Shown piece after piece: positions 13,190 through 26,104 of a stretch of 64,000 nt of DNA. Origin of the DNA: Mobula hypostoma (taxonomy: Eukaryota); NCBI RefSeq assembly GCF_963921235.1, contig NC_086108.1:114826001-114890000 (forward strand), written 5' to 3'. The notes below the pieces were generated by a model, which saw only the letters and a program-made list of their open reading frames with translations, was not told where the DNA came from and did not search any database. The position numbers and the translations under genes are program-made. Numbering within the stretch: the stretch's first letter is position 1; each line of letters opens with the position of its first letter.

Positions 13190-14633
13190 TAGAAACATAG
13201 AAACATAGAAACATAGAAAATAGGTGCAGGAGTAGGCCATTCGGCCCTTCGAGCCTGCACCGCCATTTATTATGATCATGGCTGATCATCCAACTCAGAA
13301 CCCAGCCTTCCCTCCATACCCCCTGACCCCTGAAGCCACAAGGGCCATATCTAACTTCCTTTTAAACATAGCTAATGAACTGGCCTCAACAGTTTGCTGT
13401 GGCAGAGAATTCCACAGATTCACCACTCTCTGTGTGAAGAAGTTTTTCCTAACCTCGGTCCTAAAAGGCTTCCCCTCTATCCTCAAACTGTGACCCCTCG
13501 TTCTAGACCTCCCCAACATCGGGAACAATCTTCCTGCATCTAGCCTGTCCAATCCCTTTAGGATCTTATACGTTTCAATCAGATCCCCCCTCAATCTTCT
13601 AAATTCCAACGAGTACAAGCCCAGTTCATCCAGTCTTTCTTCATATGAAAGACCTGCCATCCCAGGAATCAATCTGGTGAACCTCCTCTGTACTCCCTCC
13701 ATGGCAAAGATGTCTTTCCTCAGATTAGGGGACCAAAACTGCACACAATACTCCAGGTGTGGTCTCACCAAGGCCTTGTACAACTGCAGTAGTACCTCCC
13801 TGCTCCTGTACTCGAATCCTCTCGCTATAAATGCCAGCATACCGTTCGCCTTTTTCACCGCCTGCTGTACCTGCATGCCCACTTTCAATGACTGGTGTAT
13901 AATGACACCCAGGTCTCGTTGCACCTCCCCTTTTCCTAATCGGCCACCATTCAGATAATAATCTGTTTTCCTATTTTTGCCACCAAAGTGGATAACTTCA
14001 CATTTATCCACATTAAATTGCATCTGCCATGAGTTTGCCCACTCACCCAACCTATCCAAGTCACCCTGCATCCTCTTAGCATCCTCCTCACTGCTAACAC
14101 TGCCACCCAGCTTCGTGTCATCCGCAAACTTGGAGATGCTGCATTTAATTCCCTCATCCAAGTCATTAATATATATTGTAAACAACTGGGGTCCCAGCAC
14201 TGAGCCTTGCGGTACCCCACTAGTCACCGCCTGCCATTCTGAAAAGGTCCCGTTTATTCCCACTCTTTGCTTCCTGTCTGCTAACCAATTCTCCACCCAC
14301 ACCAATACCTTACCCCCAATACCGTGTGCTTTAAGTTTGCACACTAATCTCCTATGTGGGACCTTGTCAAAAGCCTTTTGAAAATCCAAATATACCACAT
14401 CCACTGGTTCTCCCCTATCCACTCTACTAGTTACATCCTCAAAAAATTCTATGAGATTCGTCAGACATGATTTTCCTTTCACAAATCCATGCTGACTTTG
14501 TCCGATCATTTCACCGCTTTCCAAATGTGCTGTTATCACATCCTTGATAACTGACTCCAGCAGTTTCCCCACCACCGACGTTAGGCTAACCGGCCTATAA
14601 TTCCCCGGTTTCTCTCTCCCTCCTTTTTTAAAA
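13190..14633 (-). mobile_element. Young CR1 LINE, 5'-truncated, intact RT/C-terminal ORF (426 aa)
   Basis: Uninterrupted ORF 13295-14575 with [11 protein letters not shown] and FADD; (atgtttct)n 3' tail. Confidence 0.97.
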
Positions 14634-14703
14634 CGCAGCGACCTATGTGCAGAAGTCTTGAACAGTTGTAAGTAGGTTACACTCTAGGTCTGGGTCTACC
14701 TAC

Positions 14704-15454
14704 CAATGAAAGAGAAGAGAGCAGCCAACACCACGTCCTGTGTATACTGTCGCTCCTTCCCACTGCCGGGGCTGCCAGTGCCGTTTTGGGCCCGGTTGCA
14801 GTCCCTGTCCACCAACTCCTGCATTGTCCTCTCCCCTGAACTCTCAGTGCTCACGCAAGCCGGTGGTTGACTGTGGTTCAGACTCTGGTGGTGCTGCCCT
14901 GAGGAAGGTGGCCGGCTCCCGCAGTCCACAGGCGTAGTGCCACGGGTTGAGGTTCAGTTCCAGCTCTGAGAGTGCGGCCAAGGCCAGGAGCCAGTTCCCG
15001 GATAGGTCCAGTCGCAACAGGTCGTGGAATGCCCGCGGGGGTGACGCGGCAGCTGGTGTTGGTGAAGAGTTCCAGGGCGTGGAGGTCGGAATGGATGGTG
15101 GTGCCTCTACCCAGGGTAACAATCTGGTTCCATGCCAGAGCGAGCAGTCGGAGCTTGGCCAGGCTTGAGACCGTGCTGCCGCGAATGCTTGAGATGGCGT
15201 TCGCACTCAGCTCTAGCTTCTCCAAGTCACGCGGCCGAGCAAATGGGGAGGTTCTGAATGTCCGGCTAGTGATCCTGTTGTGGCAGAGTAGGAGGGTCCC
15301 AAGGGATGAGGCCACCTGGATCTCCACAGTGCCGCTCCTGTGGAGGGTCAGCGTAACCAACACCAGGAAACCGGCTGGCGCCCAGCGCTCCCCCACCGAG
15401 TTGCTGCCCCCCCCGACCCATCAGCAGCAGGGTTCACGTGGTGGGGGGACAGAG
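14704..15454 (-). pseudogene. LRRC53: LRRC53 LRR-domain exon, disrupted (TGA plus several frameshifts)
   Basis: tttccAG acceptor; PPTT*TLLL (TGA 15436-15434); LRRs LGTLLLCHNRI, LEKLELSANAI, LRLLALAWNQI, LLRLDLSGNWL; LRRCT NPWHYACGL; QDVVLAALFSFIG then G|GTAGGT donor; homology spread over three frames (ORFs 14878-15396, 14844-15206, 14696-14929). Confidence 0.82.
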
Positions 15455-16785
15455 CTGGAAACGGATGAGGAGGAATATCTTTAGCCAGAGGGTGGTAAAT
15501 CTGTGGAATTAATTGCCACAGACGGCTGTGGTGGCCAAGTCATTGGGTATATTTAAAGCAGAGGTTGATAAGTTCTTGATTAGTCAGGGTGTCAAAGGCA
15601 GAATGGGGTAATAAATCAGACCTGATGGAATGGTGAACCAGACTCAGTGGCCTGAAGGACCTAATTCTATTTTCATGTCTTACGGTTTTATGGAAACCAG
15701 AGGGTGAGAGATCAGCTGGCTGAAAGGTTGTCCATCAGTCAAACCCCTCTGGTGTCAGACCACTCTGCCCATCCAGTCTCACCCACAGAACTTTGCTCTG
15801 CAAGTCCTTCCCGTTCACCATCTGCTCTGCAGAGATCCAGTTGATTCTTGTCCCATCAGCCACTCAGGCAGTGGGAACCAGACTCCGTGACTATGGTGGG
15901 GCAGTCAGTCAGTGACTGGGAGAGGGGTGTGCAGCTCATAAACAGGCCATTCAACCCATCAAATCCATGCAGACCATTGACACCAATCCTACACTGATCC
16001 CATTTCATTCCTCCTGCATTCCCATCAACTCTTCCCAGATTCCACCCCTCGCCCACACACTAGGGACAATTTACAACAGCCGATTAACACACCTACCCAC
16101 ACGACTTTGGGATATGGGTGGGAACCAAAGCACCCTGGGAGAAACCGGCACAGTCACAGGCAGAACATGCAAACTCCACACGGACAGAGGCAGAGGTTGA
16201 ATTCAGTATTTAAAAGATGTGTGATAGGTACATCGATGGGAACAGTATGGAGGGCTATGGTCCGGAGGCCAGCTGGTTTATTTGTTTGTTGATACAGCAC
16301 AAAATCGGCCCTTTGAGCCGTGCCACACAGCAATCCACCTACTTAACCTTAGCCTGATCATGGGACAATTTACAATCACCAATTGGTATGTCTTTAGACT
16401 GGGAGGAAACCCACACAGTCAAGGGGAAAGCATACCATCTCCTCACAGGCAGTGTCAGGAACTGAACCCCAGTTGCTTGTACTGTAAAGCGTTGTGATAA
16501 CCTCTGTGCTGCAGTGGTCGATGAGACTGGACAGAATAACAGTTGGACACAGACTAGGTTGGCTGAAGGGCCTGTTTCTGTGATATTTGACTCCATGCTC
16601 AACGTGTGAGGACTGAATGGCTGGAGAGATGGGCTTCCATACCAACTCCTCTCCAAAAACTACTCCCTGTGTTCCAGTGCCTATAGGTACACATCCTTCC
16701 AGGAACCCATCCCCTATCTGGAATGGCGATTGCAGATTATGTGGCTCCCAGTTCAGTCAGACAGAGGGTGACGTTCCAGGTGTAC

Positions 16786-16906
16786 CTGGGATGTAGGGCA
16801 GCCCCGGCAGATAGTCACTTCCTCCCCAAACATGGTGCAGGCGTTAAGGCGGGTGGTGTGGAGCCATGGGCGCACAGACAGAGATCACCCAGACAGTCAC
16901 CAACAT
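16786..16906 (-). pseudogene. LRRC53: LRRC53 first coding exon (signal peptide + LRR N-cap), disrupted
   Basis: ctgcAG acceptor 2 nt before ATG 16906; MLVTVWVISVCAP hydrophobic leader; in-frame TAA 16846-16844; shifted frame reads NACTMFGEEVTICRG then LPYIP (cf. CPESCVVCTKDVTLCHQLTYIV); phase-1 G|GTACAC donor. Confidence 0.65.
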
Positions 16907-17884
16907 TCCTGCAGGAGTAGTTCATTGGACTGTCCACTTCCCAACGCAGTCATCACTTGACCCCACCAACCTTGCACGTCCACACCTCATGGCCATTGCC
17001 CCTCAGGGGGCTTCTCTGGTTCAGAGGACAGTATGGAATCAAACCCATTGTCATGAACAGGATAGCAGGACCAGGCCCTCCAGCCAACAATGTCTGTGCT
17101 AACCAACCACACTAACCACAGCATTAGTGTATCTCCATCTCTCCCCTGGTGATTCAGGTACTCATTCAAATACTTAAATATGAGACCCCCCTCCCCACCC
17201 CACTCTCCCTACCACTCTCTCAGGCATAGAGTTCCAGATTTCAACTACTCACTGCAAGGAAATAATATCCTCCCAGAAGATGAAAATGAGTTACGATTTG
17301 TTCACTGGAGCATCGGAGATCGAGAGGAGATTTGATAGAGGAGTACAAAGCTATGAGGGTATAGATAAGGTAAATGCAAGCAGGCTTTTTCCACTGAGGT
17401 TGGGTGGGACTACGACTGGAAATCACAGGTTGAGGGTGAAAGGTGAAATGTTTAAGGGAAACTGAGAGGGATCTTCTGCACTCATTAGGTGGTGAGAGTG
17501 TGGATCGAGCGGTCAGTGGAAGTTGTGGAGGCGGGTTTGATTGCAACATTCAAGAGCAGTTTGGAAAAGTACATGGATGGCAGGATGTGGAGGGATACGG
17601 GGCAGATGCAGGTCGATGGGTCTAGAATAACAGTTCAGCATGAACTAGACAGGCTGAAGAGCCAGTTTCTGTGCTGTCGTGGTCTATGACTCCGTGACTC
17701 AAATCTCTGAATCTTCTGCCTCTCACACTAAACCTCTGGTTTTACACACCTGTTAGGGGAAAAGCTTCCAACTATCTGCCCTATCCATGTCCCACATAAT
17801 TCTGTACACCTCTATCTCACCAGCTGGGCCACAAGTATCAACACCAGCAGGCTCACAAAATTCTTTATTGTTCTTTTGCCGCAG

Positions 17885-17944
17885 GAACGACCGGAATTTT
17901 CAGAAATGGTGACTAACCTGGAGGAGTGTCTGTGCAATGTTGAG
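17885..17944 (+). CDS. TNNI3K: TNNI3K coding exon (end of kinase domain; ERPEFSEMVTNLEECLCNVE)
   Basis: ttgccgcAG acceptor, 60-nt phase 0-0 exon, GTgggt donor; peptide matches vertebrate TNNI3K RPEFSEVVxKLEECLCNIE as recalled. Confidence 0.95.
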
Positions 17945-18054
17945 GTGGGTGAGAGCGTGTGCACACCACTGCCCCAATCTTTGACAGGGACTGCGGCAGC
18001 TAAGTTTACGTCTCCATCTAACACCTCATTCTTCTTCCCTCTGCTCCAATCCAG

Positions 18055-18224
18055 CTAATGTCCCCGGCATCCAGTAACAGCAGCGGCTCCCTCTCACCCT
18101 CCTCCTCCTCCGACTGCCTGCTGGCACGGGGAGGTCCTGGCCGCAGTCACGTTGCTGCTCTACGCACCCGCTTTGAGCTAGAGTATGCGCTCAATGCGCG
18201 GGCCTACGCGGCCTGGTCCCAGAG
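18055..18224 (+). CDS. TNNI3K: TNNI3K coding exon (Ser-rich tail; [56 protein letters not shown])
   Basis: Polypyrimidine tract + ccAG, 170 nt, AG|GTACGT donor (phase 2); near-identical to the TNNI3K Ser-rich domain. Confidence 0.97.
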
Positions 18225-18229
18225 GTACG

Positions 18230-18770
18230 TGGGCTGTGGGGTGGGGCGAGTGTTTTCATGGGGTTAGGGTTGAGGTGCAGGTTTGGCATGAGGTTGGTGA
18301 AGTAGATGTGGTATTTGGGGTGGAGTGAGTTGGGTGGGGTAGGTAATGTAGACTAGGGGCTGCTGTGGTATTTGGGGTGGAGTAGTGTGGGGTGGGTGAT
18401 GTGAGGTGAAGGCTGGAGTGGAGTGAGTAGGGTGGGGTTGGGATTCTATGGGTGATGTGGTGGTGATGTCAGGTGAGGGTTGAAGTGGGTAGGGGGATGT
18501 AGGGTGGAGGTTGGGGTGGAGTGAGTGGGGTGGGGCTGGGATGGGGATGGGGAGATGTTGGATGAGTTGATCTGGTGTTGGATGGGTGATGTAAGGTGAA
18601 GTCTAGGTTGGTAGATGGGGGTGGGGTGGGTGAGTTGGGTTGGCATAGTTTGGGTGACGTGGGGTGCGGTGGCTGATGTAGGGTAGGGGTGAGTATTGTG
18701 GGGAAGTGATTGTGTTAGTGGGTTGCGGGACTGGACAATGTGGGGTTGGGTCGCTGGGTTGAGGTGGGCA
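18230..18770. repeat. G/T-rich low-complexity tract right after a TNNI3K donor
   Basis: Irregular ggggtgg/gatgtg motifs with strong strand G-skew. Confidence 0.8.
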
Positions 18771-19090
18771 TTTACAACATTCCCTTGGACCCCACATCAG
18801 ACTTTGTTTCCCTTGGACCAAAGAGTTTGGTCGCCCCGCTCCAAGAAGAATGTCAAGGCTCTGGAGAGGGTGCAGAAGAGGTTTGCCAGTCTGTTGCCTC
18901 AATTAGAGAGCACATGCTGTAACACGAGGCTGAACAAACTCGGGTTATTTACTCTGGCAGAGGGGAGACCTGATACAGGTTTATAAGATTATGAGGGGCA
19001 TAGATGGGGTAGTCACCATATTTATTTTCCCCACGGTGGAAACATCTAAGACCAGAGGATTATAGGTTTAGATGTCAAGGAATTGTGTGG

Positions 19091-19256
19091 ATAACACACT
19101 CAAAATGCTTGAGGAATGAAGCAGGCCAGGGAGAATCTATGGAAAAAGAGTACAGTCGATGTACGTCGACTGTGCTCTTTCCCATTGATGCTGCCTGGCC
19201 TTCTGAGTTCCTCCAGCATTTTGAGTGTTTCCAGCAGCTGCAGATTTTCTCTTGTT
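19091..19256. mobile_element. Penelope-derived foldback insertion #1
   Basis: Inverted arms folding at gtcgatgt/acgtcgac; perfect 13-bp TSD AGGAATTGTGTGG (19078-19090, 19257-19269); inside a CR1 3' fragment. Confidence 0.85.
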
Positions 19257-20852
19257 AGGAATTGTGTGGGCAAGTTTTATTTTTATACAGAGTGCCAGGG
19301 TTGGTGAGACAGGCATTGAAGGGGCTATCAGACAGACACATGAATGTGCAGGGAATGGAGGGATAAGGGCCATCACAGACAGAAGGGATTTTGTTTAATT
19401 CAGCATCGTGGCCAGTACAGACATTGTGGGTTGAAAGGCCTGTTTCTGTGCTGTTATGTTCCATGTTTTATGTTCAGACTTTCTCGGGAGCATTCCACCA
19501 GTCAATAGCACAAAGGAAATTTTGACTTTAGTTTGCCCAGTGCCATTCTGGAGTCTGTCCCTGGTTGGCGTGGGTTGAGGTTAGGAGGCTGTGTGGATGG
19601 CTGCTAGTTCAGCCCCTGAATGAGATAGTTAGGATGCCAAGTCCCCAGAAAGGACCCCTCGGTGAAGCTTGAGGTGGGGGAAGGGGGCTGATGGGAGACA
19701 GTGGGTCCCTCCAGCAGCAAATCCTGAAGGGCTCAGCTCAGGGCAGCTAGTGATGGAGACTTCAGCACAGAAGCAGAGCCTTTGGCCTATGGAATCCATG
19801 CTGACCCTCCACCAACCACCGACACAACCCCACCCCACATCACTACCCGTTGATACTGATCCCATTTTATTAGAACAAAGAACATTACAGCACAGTATGG
19901 TCCCATTGGCCCATGTGGTGCTCTAAGATCAATATAATCCTTCTCTCCATTTTCCCTTTTTGTTTAAGATTTGGCACCCCAAAACATTCATCCATTTTCT
20001 CTCATCCTCTTGAGGCAAGATCAGTTATGGAGACTTGCCGCACAGAAAGTGGCCTTTTGGCCCATCAGACCATGCAAACTATCAGCCACTCTGACACCAA
20101 TCATACACTGATCCTGTTTCATTCCCCTCTCATTCCCAGCAACTGCCTTCCTCCCCCAGATTCCACCCCTCACCCACATACTGGGGACAATTTTTGTGAT
20201 GGAAGTGGAGAACCCGGGGGAAAGCTGGGTGTTCCCAGTACTGTGTGTGTGTCTCACACCACCAGCTTCCGAGCTTCACTTCTCGAGGAGAATCTTCAAT
20301 TTCAGTTTATTGTCATTCAACCGTACATGAATACCACCAAACAAAACAATCTTCCTCTAGACCAAGGTGCACAACACAGTTCATTCAACTTGCGCACAAC
20401 ACATACAGTAATATTACCACAAATAAATTAATAATAAGGTGTATTTGCAACACAAGTTAAAAAGTAAACGATATAATGTTACTGGTGTTTCATATGTGAT
20501 GCAACAGGGAGTTCAATAGTCTTACAGTCTGCAGGAAGAAACTGGTTCTCATCCTAACGGTTCTAGAAATAATGCTCCAGTACCTCCTGCCTGATGGTAG
20601 GGGGTCAAGGAGATTGTAGGACAGGTGAGAGGGATCATTGACAATGCTGAGGGCCCTGCGTACACAGCGCTCCTGATAAATATCGGATTGGTGGAAGAGA
20701 GACTTGTCTTGTTTCTGTTCTCCCACAACATACTCCAAGTAAGGGCAGAATGAAAGGTCAGTCCCTACCAACCCTGCTGTGCTAACCGATGAGAATTTTA
20801 CAGCATAAATATCCAAAACAGAATGAACAGCGACATGAAAGACAGCACTTAC

Positions 20853-21100
20853 CAGCCCGAGGCAAGATGGAGGAGACATCAGATGCGTTGATACTCCTGG
20901 GACGGAGAGCAAGAGCTCAGTGGAGCAGAGCGGGGCAGCTCACAGACCGGGAGCTCTGGTTTCAGCTGGAGGCTGTGGGTGTAGTCAGACCGGAGACCAG
21001 CTAGGCTGCTGATACCTGGCACCGCCCCCAGATACCTCACTGTCACGGGCTGCTGCTCCTGTGTATCGCTCGAGCTGGCGAGGTGCATGTCTGGAGACAT
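20853..21100 (-). other. Candidate non-coding first exon of LRRC53 (5' boundary uncertain)
   Basis: Strong CTG|GTAAGT donor on - at 20852 inside a block with no recognisable repeat, upstream of the 16908 acceptor. Confidence 0.35.
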
Positions 21101-21879
21101 TCCCCCAGGAGAACCACCTGTGACTGGGGGATAAGAAATGCCCTCATTATACCAAGGTTTCCCGACTGATCAGCAAATTTGTAAATCGCACCAAGACTGA
21201 GAACATAGTAGACACTATCAAAGCTCAGAGTGGGATCTCAACCGCCTGGAGAAAATTGGCAGATGGAATTTAATGCAGACAAGTGTGAGGTGTTGCAAAC
21301 CAGAGTAGGTCTTACACTGTGAGTGGCAAGGCACTGAGTGTGGTAGAACAAAGGGATCTGGGAGTAATTCCTAGACTTTGTTCACAGCTTGTGACATAGT
21401 TACTGTTCCAGTGTAGGGCATGATTCAGCCCAGACTATGCACAGAATGTTTGTGGCAGAACAGATATGTAGTGTGTTGATTAATGTTCTCATCTGGGCCC
21501 CAGCAGCATGTTCCACACACCCAGCACGCTGTAAAACCCAAACATGCTCCCCAATACTTTCCTCCAATCACCTGAACATTATGCCCCCGCATATTAGCCA
21601 TTTCTGCTCTGGGCTGTCCAGTCTATTTGTTTTGCCTCTTCTCACCTTGTGCACCTCTAATCCTCATGAGACACACTCTCCAATACAGGCTATTGGAGAT
21701 ATAGCATGGAGTAGGACCTTCCAGCTGCACCAACCAACAGCGCCAATTCAACCCAAACCTAATCACAGGACAACTTACAATGACCAATTAACCTACCAAC
21801 CAGAATGTCATTGGACCGTGGGAGGAAACCAGAGCACCTGGAGAAAACCCACCTCATCATGGGGAGAACGTACAAATTA

Positions 21880-23065
21880 ACATTGCATTTGCCTTCCTCA
21901 CCACAGACTCAACCTGCAAATTAACCTTTTGGGAACCCTGCACATGCTCCCAAGTCCCTTTGCACCTCAGTTTTTTTATATTTTCCTTCCATTTAGAAAA
22001 TAGCCAACCCTTTCATTTCTTCTACCAAGGAGCATGATCATACACTCCCTGACACTGTATTCCGTCTGCAATTTCTTTGCCCATTTTCTTAATCGGTCTT
22101 AAGTCCTTCTGTAGCCTCTCTACTTAGTCAAAACTACCTGCCCTTCTTGCTGTTTTCCTACCATCTGCAAACTTTGTAACAAAGCTATCATCCAAATCAT
22201 TGATGCACAATTTAAAAAGAATCAGTCCTAACACAGACCCCTGTGGAACACCACCAGTCACCGGCAGCCAACCAGAAAAGACTCCCTTTATTCCCACTCT
22301 TTCCCTCCTGCCAATCAGCTACTGCTTTATCCATGATAGATTCTTTCATAATATCATGAGCTTGGAGCTTGTTATCAGGCCTCACGTGGTGCACCTTGTC
22401 AAAGGCCTTCTGAAAATACAAGTACAGAACATCAAGAGATTCTTCTCTGTCCATCCTGCTTGTTATTTTTTCAAAGAATTTCAACAGATTTTTCAGGCAA
22501 GAATTTCCCTTGAGGAAACCATGCTGACTACAGCCTGTTTCATCATGTGCTTCCAAATACTTTGAGATCTCATCCTTAGTAGTCAACTCCAACATCTTCC
22601 CAACCTCTGAGGTCAGACTAACTGGTCTATAGTTTCCTTTCTTCAGCCTCTCTCCCTTCTTGAAGAGTGGAGTGACATTTGTAATTTTCCAGTCTTCTGG
22701 AACCATTCCAGAATCTAGTGATTCTTGAAAGATCATTACTGATGCCTCCACGATCTCTTCAGCCACGTCTTTCAGAACTCTGGGGTGTACATCATCTGGT
22801 CCAGGTGACTTATCTACCTTCAGACCTTGCAGTTTCCCAAAAACCTTCTCCCTAATACTGATATCTTCACACACCTCATGACCCCTGACACCTGGAACTC
22901 CCACCATACTGCCAATGTCTTCCGCAGTGAAGTCTGATGTAAAATACTTACTCAGCTCATCTGCCATTTCATTGTCCCCTATTACGAACTCTCCAGCATC
23001 ATTTTCCAGCAGTCCGATATCGATTCTCACCTCTCTTTTACATTTTGTATATCTGAAGAATACAT
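21880..23065 (-). mobile_element. Degenerate CR1 ORF2 fragment
   Basis: ORF 22212-23030 DKSPGPDDVHPRVLK...GNYRPVSLTS. Confidence 0.9.
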
Positions 23066-23069
23066 AAAT

Positions 23070-24259
23070 ACTATAGAAAACAAAGAAAATAGATGCAGGA
23101 GTAGGCCATTCGGCCCTTCAAGCCTGCACCGCCATTTATTATGATCATGGCTGATCATCCAACTCAGAACCCTGCACCAGCCTTCCCTCCATACCCTCTG
23201 ATCCCCCTAGCCACAAGGGCCATATCTAACTCCCTCTTAAACATGGCCAATGGACTGGCCTCAACTGTTTCCTGTGGCAGAGAATTCCAGTCTCTGTGTG
23301 AAGAAGTTTTTCCTAATCTCAGTCCTAAAAGGCTTCGCCTTTATCCTCAAACTGTGACCCCTTGTTCTGGACTTCCCAACATCGGGAACAATTTTCCTGC
23401 ATCTAGCCTCTCCAATCCCTTTAGGATTTTATACGTTTCAATCAGATCCCCCCTCAATCTTCTAAATTCCAACGAGTACAAGCCCAGTTCATCCAATCTT
23501 TCTTCATATGAAAGTCCTGCCATCCCAGGAATCAATCTGGTGAACCTTCTTTGTACTCCCTCTATGGCAAGGATGTCTTTCCTCAGATTAGGAGACCAAA
23601 ACTGCACACAATACTCCAGGTGTGGTCTCACCAAGGCCTTGTACAACTGCAGTAGTACTTCCCTGCTCCTGTACTCGAATCCTCTTGCTATAAATGCCAG
23701 CATGCCATTCGCCTTTTTCACTGCCTGCTATAACTGCATGCCCACTTTCAATGACTGGTGTATAATGACACCCAGGTCTCGTTGCACCTCCCCTTTTCTT
23801 AATCTGCCACCATTCAGATAATAATCTGTTTTCCTATTTTTGCCACCAAAGTGGATAACTTCACATTTATCCACATTAAATTGCATCTGCCATGAATTTG
23901 CCCACTCACCCAACCTATCCAAGTCACCCTGCATCCTCTTAGCATCCTCCTCACAGCTAACACCGCCGCCCATCTTCGTGTCATCCGCAAACTTGGAGAT
24001 GCTGCATTTAATTCCGTCATCTAAGTCATTAATATATATTGTAAACAACTGGGGTCCCAGCACTGAACCTTGCGGTACCCCACTAGTCACTGCCTGCCAT
24101 TCTGAAAAGGTCCCGTTTATTCCCACTCTTTGCTTCCTGTCTGCTAACCAATTCTCTATCCACATCAAAACCTTACCCCCAATACCGTATGCTTTAAATT
24201 TGCACACTAATCTCCTGTGTGGGACCTTGTCAAAAGCCTTTTGAAAATCCAAATATACC
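23070..24259 (-). mobile_element. Young CR1 LINE, 5'-truncated (same subfamily as 13190-14633)
   Basis: ORFs 23347-23721 and 23728-24252 near-identical to the 13295-14575 protein. Confidence 0.95.
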
Positions 24260-24650
24260 TATGGTTGTGTCATCTTTTCTTTTGAATGCTTCTTCTTCTT
24301 TGGGATGTATATATCCTATGCCTTCCCCTTTAACAACAGCCCTACTGGCAGATGAACTTAATGGGTACTTTGCATTTGTCTTCACTGTGGAAGACACAGG
24401 CAGTGTGCCAGAGGTCCATGACTGTCAGTGATCAGGAGTGAGTTATTACAAAGGGAAGAGTGTTAGGCAAACTAAAAGATCTTAAGGTCACCTGGACCAG
24501 GTGGATTACATCCCAGGGTCCTGAGAGAGGTTGCTGAAGAGATCACAGATGAAGAGGTCACAATATTTCAAGAATCAGTTGGAAGATTGCAAATGTCACT
24601 CTCCACTCTTTATGAAGGGAGGAAGGCAAAGGAAAGGAAATTAAAGGCCA

Positions 24651-24854
24651 CACACATCAAAGTTGCTGGTGAATGCAGCAGGCCAGGCAGCATCTCTAGG
24701 AAGAGGTACAGTCGACGTTTCGGGCCGAGACCCTTCGTCCTGAAACGTCGACTGTACCTCTTCCTAGAGATGCTGCCTGGCCTGCTGCGTTCACCAGCAA
24801 CTTTGATGTGTGTTGCTTGAATTTCTAGCATCTGCAGAATTCCTGTTGTTTGCA
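24651..24854. mobile_element. Penelope-derived foldback insertion #2
   Basis: About 75-bp arms (24650-24724 / 24739-24813) plus unpaired tail; 13-bp TSD AAATTAAA(G/A)GCCA (24638-24650, 24855-24867). Confidence 0.9.
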
Positions 24855-25084
24855 AAATTAAAAGCCAGTTAGCCAAACCTCTGTGTTTGGGAAAGTGTTG
24901 GAGTCTATTATTAAGGATGAGGTTTCAGGGAACTTGGAGACAAATGATAAAATAAGTCAGAGTCAGCAGGGTTTCTGTAAAGGGAAATCTTGCCTGACAA
25001 ATATGTTACAATTCTTCGAGGAAGTAACAAGCAGGGCAGACAAAGCAGAGGCAGTGGATGTCAGTTACTTTGATTTTCAAAAGG

Positions 25085-25878
25085 TTTAAAGGTCCAATTT
25101 AATGTCAGAGAAATATATACAATATACATCCTGAAATGTTTTTTCTTTGCAAACATCCACAAAAACAGGAGTGCCCCAAAGAATGAATGACAGTTAAATG
25201 TTAGAACCCCAAAGTCCGCTCCCTCCTGCGCGTAAGCAGTGGCAAGCAACAATATCCGCCCCCCACCAGCAAGAAAGACATCGCCACCCGCCACCAAGCA
25301 CTCAAGTGTGAGCAAAACAATAGCAAAGACAGACTTGCAGTTACCCCAGGGACTTCACGTTTCACCTAGTATACGACATACCACAGGCATTCTCTCTCCC
25401 TAATAGGGGAGAGGGAGGTGTCTTCATTTTCCCAGCAAGCAGGGAGACATAACATCTCGCTGGTTTACGATGTTAAAAGTCTGTTACGTCGCTTTTCTCG
25501 AGCTCTGTGCCTGAAGATCTCAAAGATCCCAGGTCCCCAGGCACACAGCCATAGATATTTCAACTCCCCTGACGACACACGGGTCTCCTGCTGTGACACC
25601 GACCCTCGATCTGCCTGTCTCCAGAGCCCCGAGATCCTAGGCTTCCAAATCCAAGCTGGACTCTTAGGCCCACCCTTGGCATGTCGAACAACGGCCAGTT
25701 GTGAAACCCTGAGAGCGGGTCCCATTCCCGCAAAGAACCGAAGTCAGTGTGTAACTCCAGGGCAGGGTCTTCAAAAGAACCCTGAAAGGGAAAAATAAAG
25801 ACTTTAAAGATGGAAATAGAACTGTTTCCGAAGATGCAAGTAAAGGAGTCACCGTTTAGTGCCATCATTACTCCTGGT
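25085..25878 (-). mobile_element. Non-autonomous LINE derivative (Rex1-type ends)
   Basis: Interrupts the CR1 DFQK|xFDK motif; minus strand begins GGAGTAATGATGGCACTAAACGG and ends in a Rex-like 3' tail; partial second copy at about 33625-33770. Confidence 0.55.
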
Positions 25879-26104
25879 GTTTGATAAGGTGCCACACGCA
25901 TGTCTGTTTAACAGAATGAAACCCTATGGTGTTACAGGAAAGACACTGGCATGGATAGTGGAATGGCTGACAGGCAGGAGGCAGTGAATGGAAATAAAAG
26001 GGGCCTTTTCCAGTTGGCTGCCATTGACTAGCGGTGTTCCTCAGGGGTCAGTTTTGGGACCGCTACTTTTCACATTGTTTGTCAATGATTTGGATAATGG
26101 AATT

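Noticed and set aside
13295..14575. Intact reverse transcriptase ORF as a host or novel RT gene
   Set aside because: Ordinary 5'-truncated CR1 ORF2 with its 3' tail and near-identical siblings in the window.
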